A DNA stretch of 64,000 bases from NCBI GenBank assembly GCA_963840455.1, contig CAWIYV010000009.1, positions 288,001 to 352,000 on the forward strand. The letters run 5' to 3'. Below are positions 39,731 to 50,330 of the stretch, in pieces. Positions within the stretch are counted from its first letter, which is position 1; each line of letters opens with the position of its first letter. Position numbers and translations under genes: made by a program. The stretch is from Nitrospirota bacterium. GTDB taxonomy: Bacteria; Nitrospirota; UBA9217. The notes beneath the pieces are model-generated. The model saw only the letters and a list, made by a program, of their open reading frames with translations, was not told the DNA's origin and made no database searches.

Positions 39731-40878
39731 AAAAGGTACTGCTCATATCCAACCGCGTCATGCATTACCGGGTATCGGTGTACAATTACTTCGCGCGGAC
39801 CTTTCGGCAGCACGGCTGGGAGCTCATCGTCAGGAGCGACGAACTCCAGAAGGAGAATCCCCATCCGCTGGAGTTCGATTTCCGGGAGATCGACCTTACC
39901 TTCCGCAACTGCCGCGACGAGATAGCCCGGATCGGCCCGCAGGTCGTCATTCTCTTTCTCCATCTCAAGGACCCGGTCCTGTGGCCGCTCATTCACTGGC
40001 TGCCGCTGAAGGGGATCCCGCTGATCTACTGGACAAAAGGCGCGAACCTGGACAAAGCCAACAGCAGGTTGAGATACCTTCTGTTCAATTATGTGCACGG
40101 CAGGTGCGACCGCCTGATCCTGTATTCTCCCAACGAGGTGAAGTATCTGACACGGGCGAACCGCCGCAAGGTGTACGTTGCCAACAACACGATCAACTTC
40201 GAGGACTTTCCCGCGATCACGGATTCCCGGGAGTCGATCAAGCGCGAGTTCCATATCCCCTTTGACAAGGTCGTGCTTTCCGTCGGGAGGATGGACGTGG
40301 GCGGCCAGCGGAAGAAGGTCGATCACCTCGTCGAGGTGTTCCGCCGGATCAGCGTGCCCGGCGCCGGTCTGGTCATCGTCGGCGCAGGCGTGAGCCGGGA
40401 GCTCCTGGAACGGATGAACAGGAAGAACACGATCTATCTCGGAGAGATCTACGATGCAAAAAACATCCAGATCAGCAGGATCTTCAGCATGGCCGACCTT
40501 TTCTGCATTCCGGGCCATGTCGGCCTCGGTCTGGTACAGGCGTTCCACTTCGGCCTGCCGGTCGTAACAGAGGAGGGTCTGCAGCCTCCGGAGATACACT
40601 ACCTGCGCGACGGTTGGAACGGATACCAGGTGCCTGAGGACGACATCGATGCCCTGCAGGAGCGCATCGAGCATCTGCTCCGGAACGACGAGGTGCGACA
40701 CACCTTTTCCCTGAACGCGAGGCAGAGGATCGAGGAGAACGGAAGCATCCAGAACATGTTCCTTGGATTCAAGAACTGCATCGAATCCCTCGTACCTGCG
40801 GCCGGCGCTACCGGAGGGCCGGAGATCGCCGCGTCCTGCATGGCCGGCCCAGGACGGCCACGGTCAAATCACCCATGA
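39727..40878 (+). CDS. GT4 glycosyltransferase
   Basis: LSVGR, PGHVGL..VQAF.FGLPVVT, NGYQV. Confidence 0.9.
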   Translation: MKKVLLISNRVMHYRVSVYNYFARTFRQHGWELIVRSDELQKENPHPLEFDFREIDLTFRNCRDEIARIGPQVVILFLHLKDPVLWPLIHWLPLKGIPLIYWTKGANLDKANSRLRYLLFNYVHGRCDRLILYSPNEVKYLTRANRRKVYVANNTINFEDFPAITDSRESIKREFHIPFDKVVLSVGRMDVGGQRKKVDHLVEVFRRISVPGAGLVIVGAGVSRELLERMNRKNTIYLGEIYDAKNIQISRIFSMADLFCIPGHVGLGLVQAFHFGLPVVTEEGLQPPEIHYLRDGWNGYQVPEDDIDALQERIEHLLRNDEVRHTFSLNARQRIEENGSIQNMFLGFKNCIESLVPAAGATGGPEIAASCMAGPGRPRSNHP

Positions 40879-41876
40879 TGCGCTCCCTCGTGTCGCATAT
40901 TCCCTACGGCCTGATCAAGCATCTGCCGCAGGCAGGTCTCATCGTGCCCTATTACCACATGATCAGCGACCGACCGGTACAGCATGTGCGGCATCTCTAT
41001 GCCCACAAGAGCATTCGGGAGTTCGAACGCGATCTCGAGTTCCTCCTGCTCCATTATGCGCCCATCGGCCTGCCGGAGCTGCTGGCCGCCCTTCGGCAGG
41101 GACGCGTGCTGCCGAAGCGATCATTCCTGCTCACGTTCGATGACGGGTTCCGCGAGATGCACGACATCGTCGCCCCGCTGCTGTACGCAAAAGGCGTACC
41201 TGCTGTGTTCTTTGTTACCACAGCCTTTCTGGACAACCAGACGCTCTGTCATCAGCATGCTGCGAGCGTCATCGCTGAACGTCTTTCGCAGATATCGTCG
41301 CCGGCCCTGATCGCACAGATGCGATCGGCGCTTGCAGCTGCCGGCGCGGGGGATGGCGATCTCGCCAAGGCCGTGGTCTCCCTCCCATACCGGCAGCGGT
41401 CACTCGTCGAGAGCATCGCCCATATGGCCGGCGTCGATACCCGCGATTACCTGCAGCATGAGCGTCCCTACCTGACCTCGGAGCACATATTCAAGCTTAT
41501 CGGGATGGGATTTTCAATCGGGGCGCACAGCATCGATCATCCGCTCTATGAGGACCTGACCCTCGAGGAGCAGCTGCGGCAGACGCGGGAGAGTGTACGA
41601 TACGTGCGGCAGGTCTATCACCTCGACTACGCAGCTTTTGCGTTCCCCCATCATGACCGCGGGGTATCCCTGCGCTTCTTCGAGGAGCTGTACGGCAGCG
41701 GTGCGCTCGATATCTCCTTTGGGACCGGAGGGTTGATCAGCGACGATTGGCCGAAGAACATCCAGCGGCTCAGCTTCGAACGGCCGCGGGTACCCGCAAA
41801 GGAGATACTCGTCCATGCAACGGCACGCAAGTTCTATCGGACCATTATTGGAAAGAACCGGCAGCTGCGCCAGTGA
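40875..41876 (+). CDS. Polysaccharide deacetylase
   Basis: YYH, LTFDDGF, IGAHSIDH, FAFP. Confidence 0.9.
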   Translation: MMRSLVSHIPYGLIKHLPQAGLIVPYYHMISDRPVQHVRHLYAHKSIREFERDLEFLLLHYAPIGLPELLAALRQGRVLPKRSFLLTFDDGFREMHDIVAPLLYAKGVPAVFFVTTAFLDNQTLCHQHAASVIAERLSQISSPALIAQMRSALAAAGAGDGDLAKAVVSLPYRQRSLVESIAHMAGVDTRDYLQHERPYLTSEHIFKLIGMGFSIGAHSIDHPLYEDLTLEEQLRQTRESVRYVRQVYHLDYAAFAFPHHDRGVSLRFFEELYGSGALDISFGTGGLISDDWPKNIQRLSFERPRVPAKEILVHATARKFYRTIIGKNRQLRQ

Positions 41877-41960
41877 CCGCGGCTGCGCGAAGACCTTGAT
41901 ACCAATCGCCGCGATGAAGCCCTGCGGACGACAGCACCGGACCGGACAGAGGAGCGCTCT

Positions 41961-42842
41961 ATGCAGACCAATAGTATGACAAATACATCGATCACGGTCA
42001 GCGGGGCGATGATCAAGATCGCTGCGCTTACCGCGGAGCCCTATGAGGACGTGATTGATCCCGAGGCGATGATCAAGTCCCTCGCGGACAGCCGGACCCC
42101 AGCTGACCTGTTCACCTTCATCCAGCGACCGCCGGATTCCGCTCCGCTGTTTAGCTACCCCCTGGAGTGGGACAATATGGCAGTGCTGTCGGTGACGGAC
42201 TACGATCACTGGTGGACCAAGCAGATCAACGACAAGACCAGGAACCTCGTACGCAAAGCTGCCAAAAAAGGAGTGGTCGTCAGGCAGGTGCCCTTCGATC
42301 AGGATCTCACCCGGGCGATCGCCGAGATCTATAATGAAACACCGATACGTCAAGGGCGGCATTTCTGGCACTACGGCAAGGATGCCGAAACGATCCGCAC
42401 CGAGAACGAGGAATACGCGGACCGGAGCGAGTACTACGCGGCCTATCACGATGACAATGTCATTGGGTTCATGCGTCTGGTGCATGATGAGAAGCTCACG
42501 AACATCATGTACATCTTGTCCAAGATAGCCCATCGGGAAAAGGCGCCGAACAATGCTTTGATCGCATATGCCGTGAAGCGCTGTGCAGAGTTCGGACAGC
42601 GGGATATCGTCTACGCCAAGTACGTGTACGGCAAGAAAGGCGAGGACAAATTGACCGATTTCAAGCGGCACAACGGATTCCGGAAGGTCGATATCCCCCG
42701 GTACTACATACCGCTCACGGTGAAGGGCCGCATGGCCCTGCAGCTCCGTCTGCATCATGGCATACAATCGGTCATCCCGCAGGCACTCTATGCCCGACTG
42801 GTACATCTGCGCAACCGCTGGTACGGCGCGGGGGCATCCTAG
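41961..42842 (+). CDS. GNAT/FemAB-like hypothetical protein
   Basis: KTRNLVRKAAKKGV, APNNALI, LTDFKRHNGF. Confidence 0.75.
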   Translation: MQTNSMTNTSITVSGAMIKIAALTAEPYEDVIDPEAMIKSLADSRTPADLFTFIQRPPDSAPLFSYPLEWDNMAVLSVTDYDHWWTKQINDKTRNLVRKAAKKGVVVRQVPFDQDLTRAIAEIYNETPIRQGRHFWHYGKDAETIRTENEEYADRSEYYAAYHDDNVIGFMRLVHDEKLTNIMYILSKIAHREKAPNNALIAYAVKRCAEFGQRDIVYAKYVYGKKGEDKLTDFKRHNGFRKVDIPRYYIPLTVKGRMALQLRLHHGIQSVIPQALYARLVHLRNRWYGAGAS

Positions 42843-43028
42843 TCGGTGCCTGATCCCGCCGCCGCAGAATCCCCTGGCAAACCTTGAGATGGTCGCAGCG
42901 GCCACATTCGCGACGGAGCATCGTGCGGGAAGGCCTGCTGCTGCGGGAAATCGTGCGATGCATCATATTTCTCCGACCTCCCGGAGAAAGGATCTTTCGT
43001 TCGTAGGACGGGAGAAGAAAGGAATCGC

Positions 43029-44888
43029 ATGCCGGGCATTACTGGTATCATCGCACAGGCGACGCAGGAACGGCATCGCCGCTCATTGGACATCATGATG
43101 GCCGGCATGCTGCACGAGCCGTTCTATTCGACCGGGACCTCGGTACAGGAAGAGCTCGGTATCTACCTGGGCTGGACCTGTCATCAGGGGTCGTTCTGCG
43201 ACTGCATGCCTGTTACGAACGAGCAGCGGAACGTCATCCTGGTGCTGTCCGGCGAGTGCGTTATTGACAAGGGCGTGGCGGAATGGCTGAAAGCGCGCGG
43301 GCATCTGTTCGCGCGCAACGATGCGAGCTGCCTGGTGCACTGGTACGAAGAGCGGGGAGAGGACCTGTTCCGCGAGCTGAACGGCTGGTTCAGCGGGGTG
43401 CTGGTTGACCTCCGACAACACAAGTGCATCCTGTTCAACGACCGCTACGGCATGCAGCGGATCTACTATCACGAGAACAAGGATGGATTTTTCTTCTCCT
43501 CGGAAGCAAAAGCGCTGCTGGCGCTGAATCCCGAACTGCGCCGGCTCGACGAGCGAAGTCTTGCGGAACAGCTAACCTGCGGCTGTGTCCTGGAGAACCG
43601 TTCGTTATATAGCGGAGTGTCGGTCCTGCCCGGAGCATCGGTCTGGACCTTTTCGGGCGACGGTCGGCCTCACCGGACGGCCTATTTCACGCCGTTGGAG
43701 TGGGAAGATCAACCGGTGCTGCCTGACGAGCAATTCTACCACGACCTGCGGAATACCTTCAGGGCCGTCGTACCGCGGTATACGCATTCGATGCAGCGGA
43801 TCGGCGTGTCCCTGACCGGAGGCCTGGACACGCGCATGATCATGGCGCATGCCGATGCGGCGCCGGGGGCACTGCCGTGTTACACCTTTGGCGGCATGTA
43901 CCGGGACTGTTACGACGTCAAGGTCGCCCGGAAGGTCGCCCGGGCCTGCAACCAGCCGCACGAGGTGATCCCGCTGGATGGCGAATTCCTGCGCGACTTC
44001 GCGACCCATGCGGAACGCACGGTCATGATATCGGACGGGAACCTCGAGGTGAACGGAGCGCCGGAGATCTATGTCAACCGGATCGCCCGCGGCATCGCGC
44101 CGGTGCGTCTGACCGGCAATCACGGCAGCGAGGTCATGCGCGATGTCCGGTTCCTGCGGGCGAGACCGCCGCAGCGGGGGCCATTCCACCGTGACCTCGA
44201 CGCTTCGCTGCAGAAGGCCGTTGAGACCTACACCCAGGTCAGCAGCGGACATCCCCTGACCTTCAGCGTGTTCAAGGAAGCGCCGTGGTTTCATGTCAAC
44301 CGGCTCTCCGTGGAGCAGTCACAGGTGACGATGCGGTCACCATACCTGGACAACGATCTGGTATCGCTCCTCTACCGGGGATCACCCGCAGTCCGGGCAT
44401 CGGAAGCAACCGCGCTGCGGCTGATCGGTGACGGGAACCATGGACTGGCTGCGATCTTCACCGACCGGGGTTACGGCGGGACCGCAAACCCGGTGCTGGC
44501 GAAAGCGGCACGGGCCTATTTTGAACTTTCGTTCCTTGCCGAATACGCATATGATTACGGCATGCCGCAGTGGATCGTAACGGCCGACAGCCTGCTCTCC
44601 TTCCTGCATATCGAAAGGCTTTTTCTCGGTCGTCACAAGTTCTATCATTTCCGCGTCTGGTATCGTGATCATTTGTCTTCCTATGTAAAGGAGATACTCC
44701 TGGACCCGCGGACGCTGGCGAGGCCGCATGTGGACCGGGCCGGGTGGGAAACGGTCGTGCACGAGCACACCCGGGGGCGACGCAATCATACGACGGCGAT
44801 CACGAGGATGCTGACAGTGGAACTGATCCACCGGGTCTTCCTCGACCAGGCACCCCCGCCATCGACCACGGCGCTACGCAGCAGCTGA
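43029..44888 (+). CDS. Asparagine-synthase-like amidotransferase lacking the N-terminal catalytic Cys
   Basis: MPGITG start, LNGWF, NDRYG...YY, FSSEAKAL, LTGGLDTR (SGGLDS variant), RSPYLD. Confidence 0.9.
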   Translation: MPGITGIIAQATQERHRRSLDIMMAGMLHEPFYSTGTSVQEELGIYLGWTCHQGSFCDCMPVTNEQRNVILVLSGECVIDKGVAEWLKARGHLFARNDASCLVHWYEERGEDLFRELNGWFSGVLVDLRQHKCILFNDRYGMQRIYYHENKDGFFFSSEAKALLALNPELRRLDERSLAEQLTCGCVLENRSLYSGVSVLPGASVWTFSGDGRPHRTAYFTPLEWEDQPVLPDEQFYHDLRNTFRAVVPRYTHSMQRIGVSLTGGLDTRMIMAHADAAPGALPCYTFGGMYRDCYDVKVARKVARACNQPHEVIPLDGEFLRDFATHAERTVMISDGNLEVNGAPEIYVNRIARGIAPVRLTGNHGSEVMRDVRFLRARPPQRGPFHRDLDASLQKAVETYTQVSSGHPLTFSVFKEAPWFHVNRLSVEQSQVTMRSPYLDNDLVSLLYRGSPAVRASEATALRLIGDGNHGLAAIFTDRGYGGTANPVLAKAARAYFELSFLAEYAYDYGMPQWIVTADSLLSFLHIERLFLGRHKFYHFRVWYRDHLSSYVKEILLDPRTLARPHVDRAGWETVVHEHTRGRRNHTTAITRMLTVELIHRVFLDQAPPPSTTALRSS

Positions 44889-44988
44889 TCCAGTTGCCCC
44901 GCTGTGCCGCCTGCGTCAGGGCTGCCTCGGGATGTCGCGTACTCAATAATGCGTTTCCGAACCGCCGGAAAAGGTCTCCACCGAATTC

Positions 44989-46353
44989 ATGCCTCCCCAG
45001 CTGGCACTCATACTAAGCACGCTCTTCACGCTCATGCTGTTCCTTGCGGAGCGCCGCCGCGTCCCCCGGATGTCCGGCGCCCTCTGGGTCCCGCTTATCT
45101 GGCATTTCATCCTCGCTACGCGGTCCTTGTCCGTCTTGTTCAGTCCGACCGATGTTGAGATGTCTCCGGATGCCTACCTCGAAGGGAGCCCCTTCGACCG
45201 CGCGGTCTTCCTGGTGCTCATCCTGGCTGCGCTGGCCATACTGCTCAAAAGGTCCGCGAGCCTGTCGAGGTTTGCCGCGAACAATCCCTGGCTGGTCCTG
45301 TACATGGTGTATTGCGGGATCAGCGTATTGTGGTCGGACTATCCCTTCGTGTCCTTCAAGCGGTGGACCAAGGACATCGGCAACGTCGCCATGGTCCTCG
45401 TCGTTATGACGGAAGCGGACCCCGTGGAGGCGGTCAAGGCGCTGCTTCGGCGGATCGCCTACATGGCCGTTCCGCTCTCGATCGTGCTCATCAAGTATTT
45501 CGCGGATCTCGGACGGCAGTTCACCCACAGCGGCGAACTGATGTTCGTCGGGGCGACCACGCACAAGAATTCGCTCGGTATCCTGTGCGCGATCCTGATA
45601 ATCATGTTCGTCTGGCATCTGGTCCACACCCCGCGTCCGGCGACACAATGGGAGCGGAGGGACCGGCGCATCCATATCCTGCTGGTCCTGATGATGGCCT
45701 GGCTGATGTACATTGCGGACAGTGCGACCTCGGTGATGTGCTGCGGCATCGGGCTCGCGGTCGTCTTCGGAATGGAGTTGCCGGTCATGCAAAGGAACTT
45801 ACGGCACATTGGCGCCGTGGTCGTGTCCCTCCTGATGATCGGATTCCTGCTTCAATACTCCTTAGACATCTGGCAGGTCATACTGACAGGCCTGGGAAGG
45901 GACGCGACGTTGACGGGAAGAACGGTGTTGTGGGAGCAGGTCCTGGCGATAGGAGCTAATCCGTTGATCGGGACCGGCTACGACAGCTTCTGGCTCGGCA
46001 GACGGGTGGAGATGTTCTGGGAAATGTACTATTGGAAGCCGAACCAGGCCCACAACGGATTCCTCGAGATCTACCTCAATCTCGGCTGGATCGGGGTCCT
46101 GCTGCTCACCGGGATCATCGTCTCCACCTACCGGAAGATCGCGTCACGAATGGTGCGGCACGATCCCTACCAGATTCTGCGCATGTCCCTCTACGTACTG
46201 GTAATAGTGTCGAACCTGACCGAGGCATATTTCAAGAATATTGCCGAGGTATGGTTCATCTTCCTTCTCATCGCGATCGAGTATCCCCGCCCGGCACTCC
46301 AGGCTTCCCGGGCCGTTTCATCCGCGGCGGTGAAATCGGCGGTCTGGAACTGA
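44989..46353 (+). CDS. wzy: Wzy polymerase / O-antigen ligase family membrane protein
   Basis: Multiple TMs, HKNSLG, RDATLTGR..LW, PLIGTGY..FW, AHNGFLE. Confidence 0.85.
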   Translation: MPPQLALILSTLFTLMLFLAERRRVPRMSGALWVPLIWHFILATRSLSVLFSPTDVEMSPDAYLEGSPFDRAVFLVLILAALAILLKRSASLSRFAANNPWLVLYMVYCGISVLWSDYPFVSFKRWTKDIGNVAMVLVVMTEADPVEAVKALLRRIAYMAVPLSIVLIKYFADLGRQFTHSGELMFVGATTHKNSLGILCAILIIMFVWHLVHTPRPATQWERRDRRIHILLVLMMAWLMYIADSATSVMCCGIGLAVVFGMELPVMQRNLRHIGAVVVSLLMIGFLLQYSLDIWQVILTGLGRDATLTGRTVLWEQVLAIGANPLIGTGYDSFWLGRRVEMFWEMYYWKPNQAHNGFLEIYLNLGWIGVLLLTGIIVSTYRKIASRMVRHDPYQILRMSLYVLVIVSNLTEAYFKNIAEVWFIFLLIAIEYPRPALQASRAVSSAAVKSAVWN

Positions 46354-46375
46354 CGAACGGGAGCAGAAGAGAGGC

Positions 46376-47944
46376 ATGAGCGATTATTTCGACACCGGTT
46401 CTTTGCGGACGGACCTGAGGAAGCGGGCGGTGCGAGGGGCGGGTTTCACGGTCGTTTCCCAGGCATCGACCTTCCTGATGCATATCATCAGCACGGTAGT
46501 GCTTGCCCGGCTCCTGACACCGGACGATTTCGGCCTTGTCGCCATGGCGGTGACCTTCAGCCTGCTGCTCCAGAACTTCGGCCTTAACGGATTTACCGAG
46601 GCCATCATGCAGAAGGAGGAACTCGACCAGCGACTCGTCAGCACCTTCTTCTGGATCAATATCGCCATAAGTCTCGGCCTCACGCTCGCGTTCATGGCAG
46701 CCGCGCCGGCCCTGTGCTGGTTGTACCACGAACCCCGGCTGAAGGCGATCTCCATCGGCGTCGCACTCTCGATCATTTTCACCGGAGTCGGGAACATCCA
46801 TGCTGCACTGCTGAAGCGCAAAATGGAGTTCAAGGCCACGTCGGCGATCTTCTTTGCCGCGCGAACGGCGGGATTCCTGCTGGCGATTGCCCTGGCGTGG
46901 ATGGGGTGGGGGTACTGGGCGCTCGTTATCAACACTGTCGCGCAGCCATTCGTCTATGCGGTGTGCGCATGGGCGTTCTGCAGCTGGCGGCCGGGGATGC
47001 CGGCGCGCAATACCGGCGTCCGGTCCATGGTCGTCTATGCGTTCCACGTCTACGGAAACTTCGTTCTGAATTACAGCTCCCGCAATGCCGACAACTTCCT
47101 CGTGGGGCGATATATCGGCGCGCTCTCGCTGGGATATTACAAGAAGGCGTACGATATCTTTGCCCTTCCGGTCAATCAACTGACAGCTCCCCTGACCGAT
47201 GTTGCGCTCTCGACGCTGAGCAGGCTGACCGGCGATCCTGATCGGTACCGGCGATACTATCTGGATGCGATCTCGATCCTCGCCTTCATCGGTATGGCGA
47301 TGAGCCTCCTGTTGACACTCAATGCCCATGACCTGATCCTGCTGATCCTCGGACCGCAGTGGAGAAAATCTGCCGACATCTTTCTTTTCTTCGGCCCCGG
47401 CATAGGGATCATGCTCGTCTACTATACGAACAGCTGGCTGCATCTCTCCCTGGGGAGGGCCGACCGCCTGTTCCGCTGGGGATTCGTCGAACTGGTGGTC
47501 ACCGTGCTCTCCTTTATCATCGGCCTGCCCTTCGGCCCTGCCGGGATCGCGGCCGCCTGGACCTCATCATTCTATCTGCTGACCGGCATCGGGCTGTGGT
47601 ACGCGGGAAAGCCGATCCAGATCACGTTCAGCGCCGTGCTGGCATCCGTATGGAAGTATGTGGTCGCTGCGCTGGCGGCGGGAATAGCCACGCACTATCT
47701 ACTCCGGTCCGTTGATGCAATCGCGGAACCTTTCGGGAACCTTCATATTACACTGCGTATACTGCTATCCGGAACATTCAGCCTATCGCTGTACCTGCTC
47801 ATTATCCTGGCTCTCTATGGGGGAACCAGGCCCATCACCCAACTGCTCTCTTTGGCAGGGGACATAGCCCCGTCCTGGCTGATCCGGCGACGGCCAAAAG
47901 AACAGGATGCTGAAGAGGCCAAACGCATGCAGATCGAGCTGTGA
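46376..47944 (+). CDS. wzx: Polysaccharide flippase (WzxC-like)
   Basis: VLARLLTPDDFGLVAM, NADNFLVG, LGYYKKAY; 12 or more TMs. Confidence 0.92.
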   Translation: MSDYFDTGSLRTDLRKRAVRGAGFTVVSQASTFLMHIISTVVLARLLTPDDFGLVAMAVTFSLLLQNFGLNGFTEAIMQKEELDQRLVSTFFWINIAISLGLTLAFMAAAPALCWLYHEPRLKAISIGVALSIIFTGVGNIHAALLKRKMEFKATSAIFFAARTAGFLLAIALAWMGWGYWALVINTVAQPFVYAVCAWAFCSWRPGMPARNTGVRSMVVYAFHVYGNFVLNYSSRNADNFLVGRYIGALSLGYYKKAYDIFALPVNQLTAPLTDVALSTLSRLTGDPDRYRRYYLDAISILAFIGMAMSLLLTLNAHDLILLILGPQWRKSADIFLFFGPGIGIMLVYYTNSWLHLSLGRADRLFRWGFVELVVTVLSFIIGLPFGPAGIAAAWTSSFYLLTGIGLWYAGKPIQITFSAVLASVWKYVVAALAAGIATHYLLRSVDAIAEPFGNLHITLRILLSGTFSLSLYLLIILALYGGTRPITQLLSLAGDIAPSWLIRRRPKEQDAEEAKRMQIEL

Positions 47945-48106
47945 TGCGGCAGCCGCATGCTGCAACCTTGTGGAAAGGTCTGCGGGATAGCGACCGGAAG
48001 AGTCAAAGGGGATCTGTATCACGTATAAAAGACTACCGACGGTAAAAATATGATCGACACCGCATGGACGGCATCACGATTTCCACGATTAAGGGAAGAG
48101 GCGGCC

Positions 48107-50014
48107 ATGAACACACAGACCGGTACGATCAGCAGAAGCGTGATCAGGATCGCTGCAGTGAGCAGCGTGCTCATTGCCTTTCTTTTCAACGGCATCGCGG
48201 GAGCGGAGGTCATAGGTCCCGACCGACGGATCACCTGGACGCCCGGCGTCTCCGGCGGTATCCCCAACCGGACAACCGTATGCGCCACGCTCAGCCCGTC
48301 GGGCGGCGATGACGGGGCCGCCATCGCAACTGCCATCAAGGACTGTCCCGCCGAAGGCGTGGTCAAGCTCAATGCGGGGACATTCACGCTTTCCAGTGGG
48401 TTCAACGTCAACAAGAACATCACCGTGCGCGGCGCCGGACCGACCAGTACGATCCTGAATGTCACGGGATCGGGAAACCAGAAGGTAAGCATGGGCGGAG
48501 GGGGCTTTGGCGCCTCCATCGCCGTGAAAAGCGGGTATACCCGGGGTTCGACAAGCATCACCGTTGCGAGTGCCTCGAACATCGTTGCGGGAGACCTCCT
48601 GTGGCTCGACCAGAATAACGACAATAGCACGACGGTGGTCACTCAGATGGGGACGGGCGGCAGCTGCAAGTGGTGCGGCGGTCTCGACATCGGCTCCGCC
48701 CGCGGGGGGGGGCGAACGCTCGGTCAGATCATCAAGGTCACGGGTGTAAGCGGCAACACCCTGACGCTCGAGAAGGGATTGTACTGGAACTATGTCGCCG
48801 CGGCGCAGCCGGCCGTGTGGAGAATGACCACCGTGAGCCGAGCTGGCATCGAGGACCTGCAGGTAACGCAGGGAAACAGCTACCCGGCCAGGAACCTGAT
48901 CTTCATGAGCTACTGCAACGAATGCTGGGTGAAGAACGCGGAGCTGAAGAACGGCAAACAGCGGCATCTGGAGGTGACCTTCAGCTACCGGTTCGAGGTT
49001 CGGGACAGTTTTTTCCATCTTGCTGACAGATATGGACAGGATCACGGTTACTGCATGTCTTTTTGGGATGGGGCAACCGATGGTCTAGTCGAAAACAACA
49101 TCATGGACACTTGTCTGCTGGCCGTTGCTTTTAACGGACCCTGTGCCGGCAATGTCATAGCATATAATTACAGCAACAATGTAACGTACACTGCCGATCC
49201 TACATTCCTTGAAGGCGACTTCGCGACCCATGGAGCGCATCCCTATTTCAATCTATTCGAAGGCAATATGGGCTATATGGCGCAACATGACGTCTACTGG
49301 GGATCATCGTCTCACAACACGTGGTTCCGAAACAGATTTTTAGGATATAAAGCCGGGCTGAGCGCTAATCTCCATTCAGTAATCGCTGAAGCCAACCAAA
49401 CCTACCTGAATTACGTCGGGAATATTCTCGGGACGGCAGCGCCACCATACAAGAGATACGAAACAGAGAACCTGTCGGATCCAGGCTGCTATAATCAGCG
49501 CGATGTTTATAAGATCGGGTATGATGCCGGCTCTGGAGACTGCAGTGCGTCCGGCAACGATCCGAACGCCAAGCTCACCATGCTGCGGCATGGCAATTAT
49601 GATTACTTCAACAGGGCGGTAGTGTGGGATGCTGCCATTGCCGATCGGACCATCCCGACCTCGTTGTATTTGAGCGCCAGGCCGAGCTGGTGGGGGAGTC
49701 AGCCCTGGCCTCCCATCGGGCCGGACGTAATCGGTTTTGTGCAGAGCATCCCTGCGAAAGACCGGTTCGATAGCATGAAGCCTCCGGCGCCGCACACCGT
49801 CACGCCCTCGGCGGGACCGAATGGCAGTATCAGTCCGAATACAGCGCGAACAATCAACGATGGCACGACAGCTCAATTCACGGTGACGCCAAATGCCGGT
49901 TATACGGTGGCTGTCGGGGGGACCTGCGGCGGAACACTGTCTGGCGCGACGTATACCACGAACACGGTCACGGCAGACAGTACGGTAAGGGCGACATTTA
50001 CCCTCAACCCGTGA
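48107..50014 (+). CDS. Secreted right-handed beta-helix (pectin-lyase-like) protein with C-terminal small beta domain
   Basis: Signal peptide, DDGAAIATAI..C..GVVKLNAGTF, parallel beta-helix repeats (LVENN, GNVIAYNY, NLFEGN), C-terminal 70-aa domain shared with the giant lipoprotein. Confidence 0.85.
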   Translation: MNTQTGTISRSVIRIAAVSSVLIAFLFNGIAGAEVIGPDRRITWTPGVSGGIPNRTTVCATLSPSGGDDGAAIATAIKDCPAEGVVKLNAGTFTLSSGFNVNKNITVRGAGPTSTILNVTGSGNQKVSMGGGGFGASIAVKSGYTRGSTSITVASASNIVAGDLLWLDQNNDNSTTVVTQMGTGGSCKWCGGLDIGSARGGGRTLGQIIKVTGVSGNTLTLEKGLYWNYVAAAQPAVWRMTTVSRAGIEDLQVTQGNSYPARNLIFMSYCNECWVKNAELKNGKQRHLEVTFSYRFEVRDSFFHLADRYGQDHGYCMSFWDGATDGLVENNIMDTCLLAVAFNGPCAGNVIAYNYSNNVTYTADPTFLEGDFATHGAHPYFNLFEGNMGYMAQHDVYWGSSSHNTWFRNRFLGYKAGLSANLHSVIAEANQTYLNYVGNILGTAAPPYKRYETENLSDPGCYNQRDVYKIGYDAGSGDCSASGNDPNAKLTMLRHGNYDYFNRAVVWDAAIADRTIPTSLYLSARPSWWGSQPWPPIGPDVIGFVQSIPAKDRFDSMKPPAPHTVTPSAGPNGSISPNTARTINDGTTAQFTVTPNAGYTVAVGGTCGGTLSGATYTTNTVTADSTVRATFTLNP

Positions 50015-50330
50015 GGGCCCCGGACACGCCCTTCTCATCCGTCGGAAGAGGCCGTTCAGCAATCCTACGAGCACCACAGGGGCTGGGCCCGTTCATGCAG
50101 GTCAGGTCCATCCGCTCTTTCGCGCTCAACTGATCCTTCAGGTTGTGGCCGACGAGATGAGATGGCTGCGATCCAGTCGTCTGCAGCGACCGATCGCGAT
50201 GTACAGCACATCAGTAAACGGCAGTACCATCAAATACGCTCCTTCTCTGTTCTTCCAAAGCTACCACGAACGGACGCATCGAAGGTCTGGGCACATAATT
50301 TCAGATCGCAGCACTCTGGTTTATCTTCTC

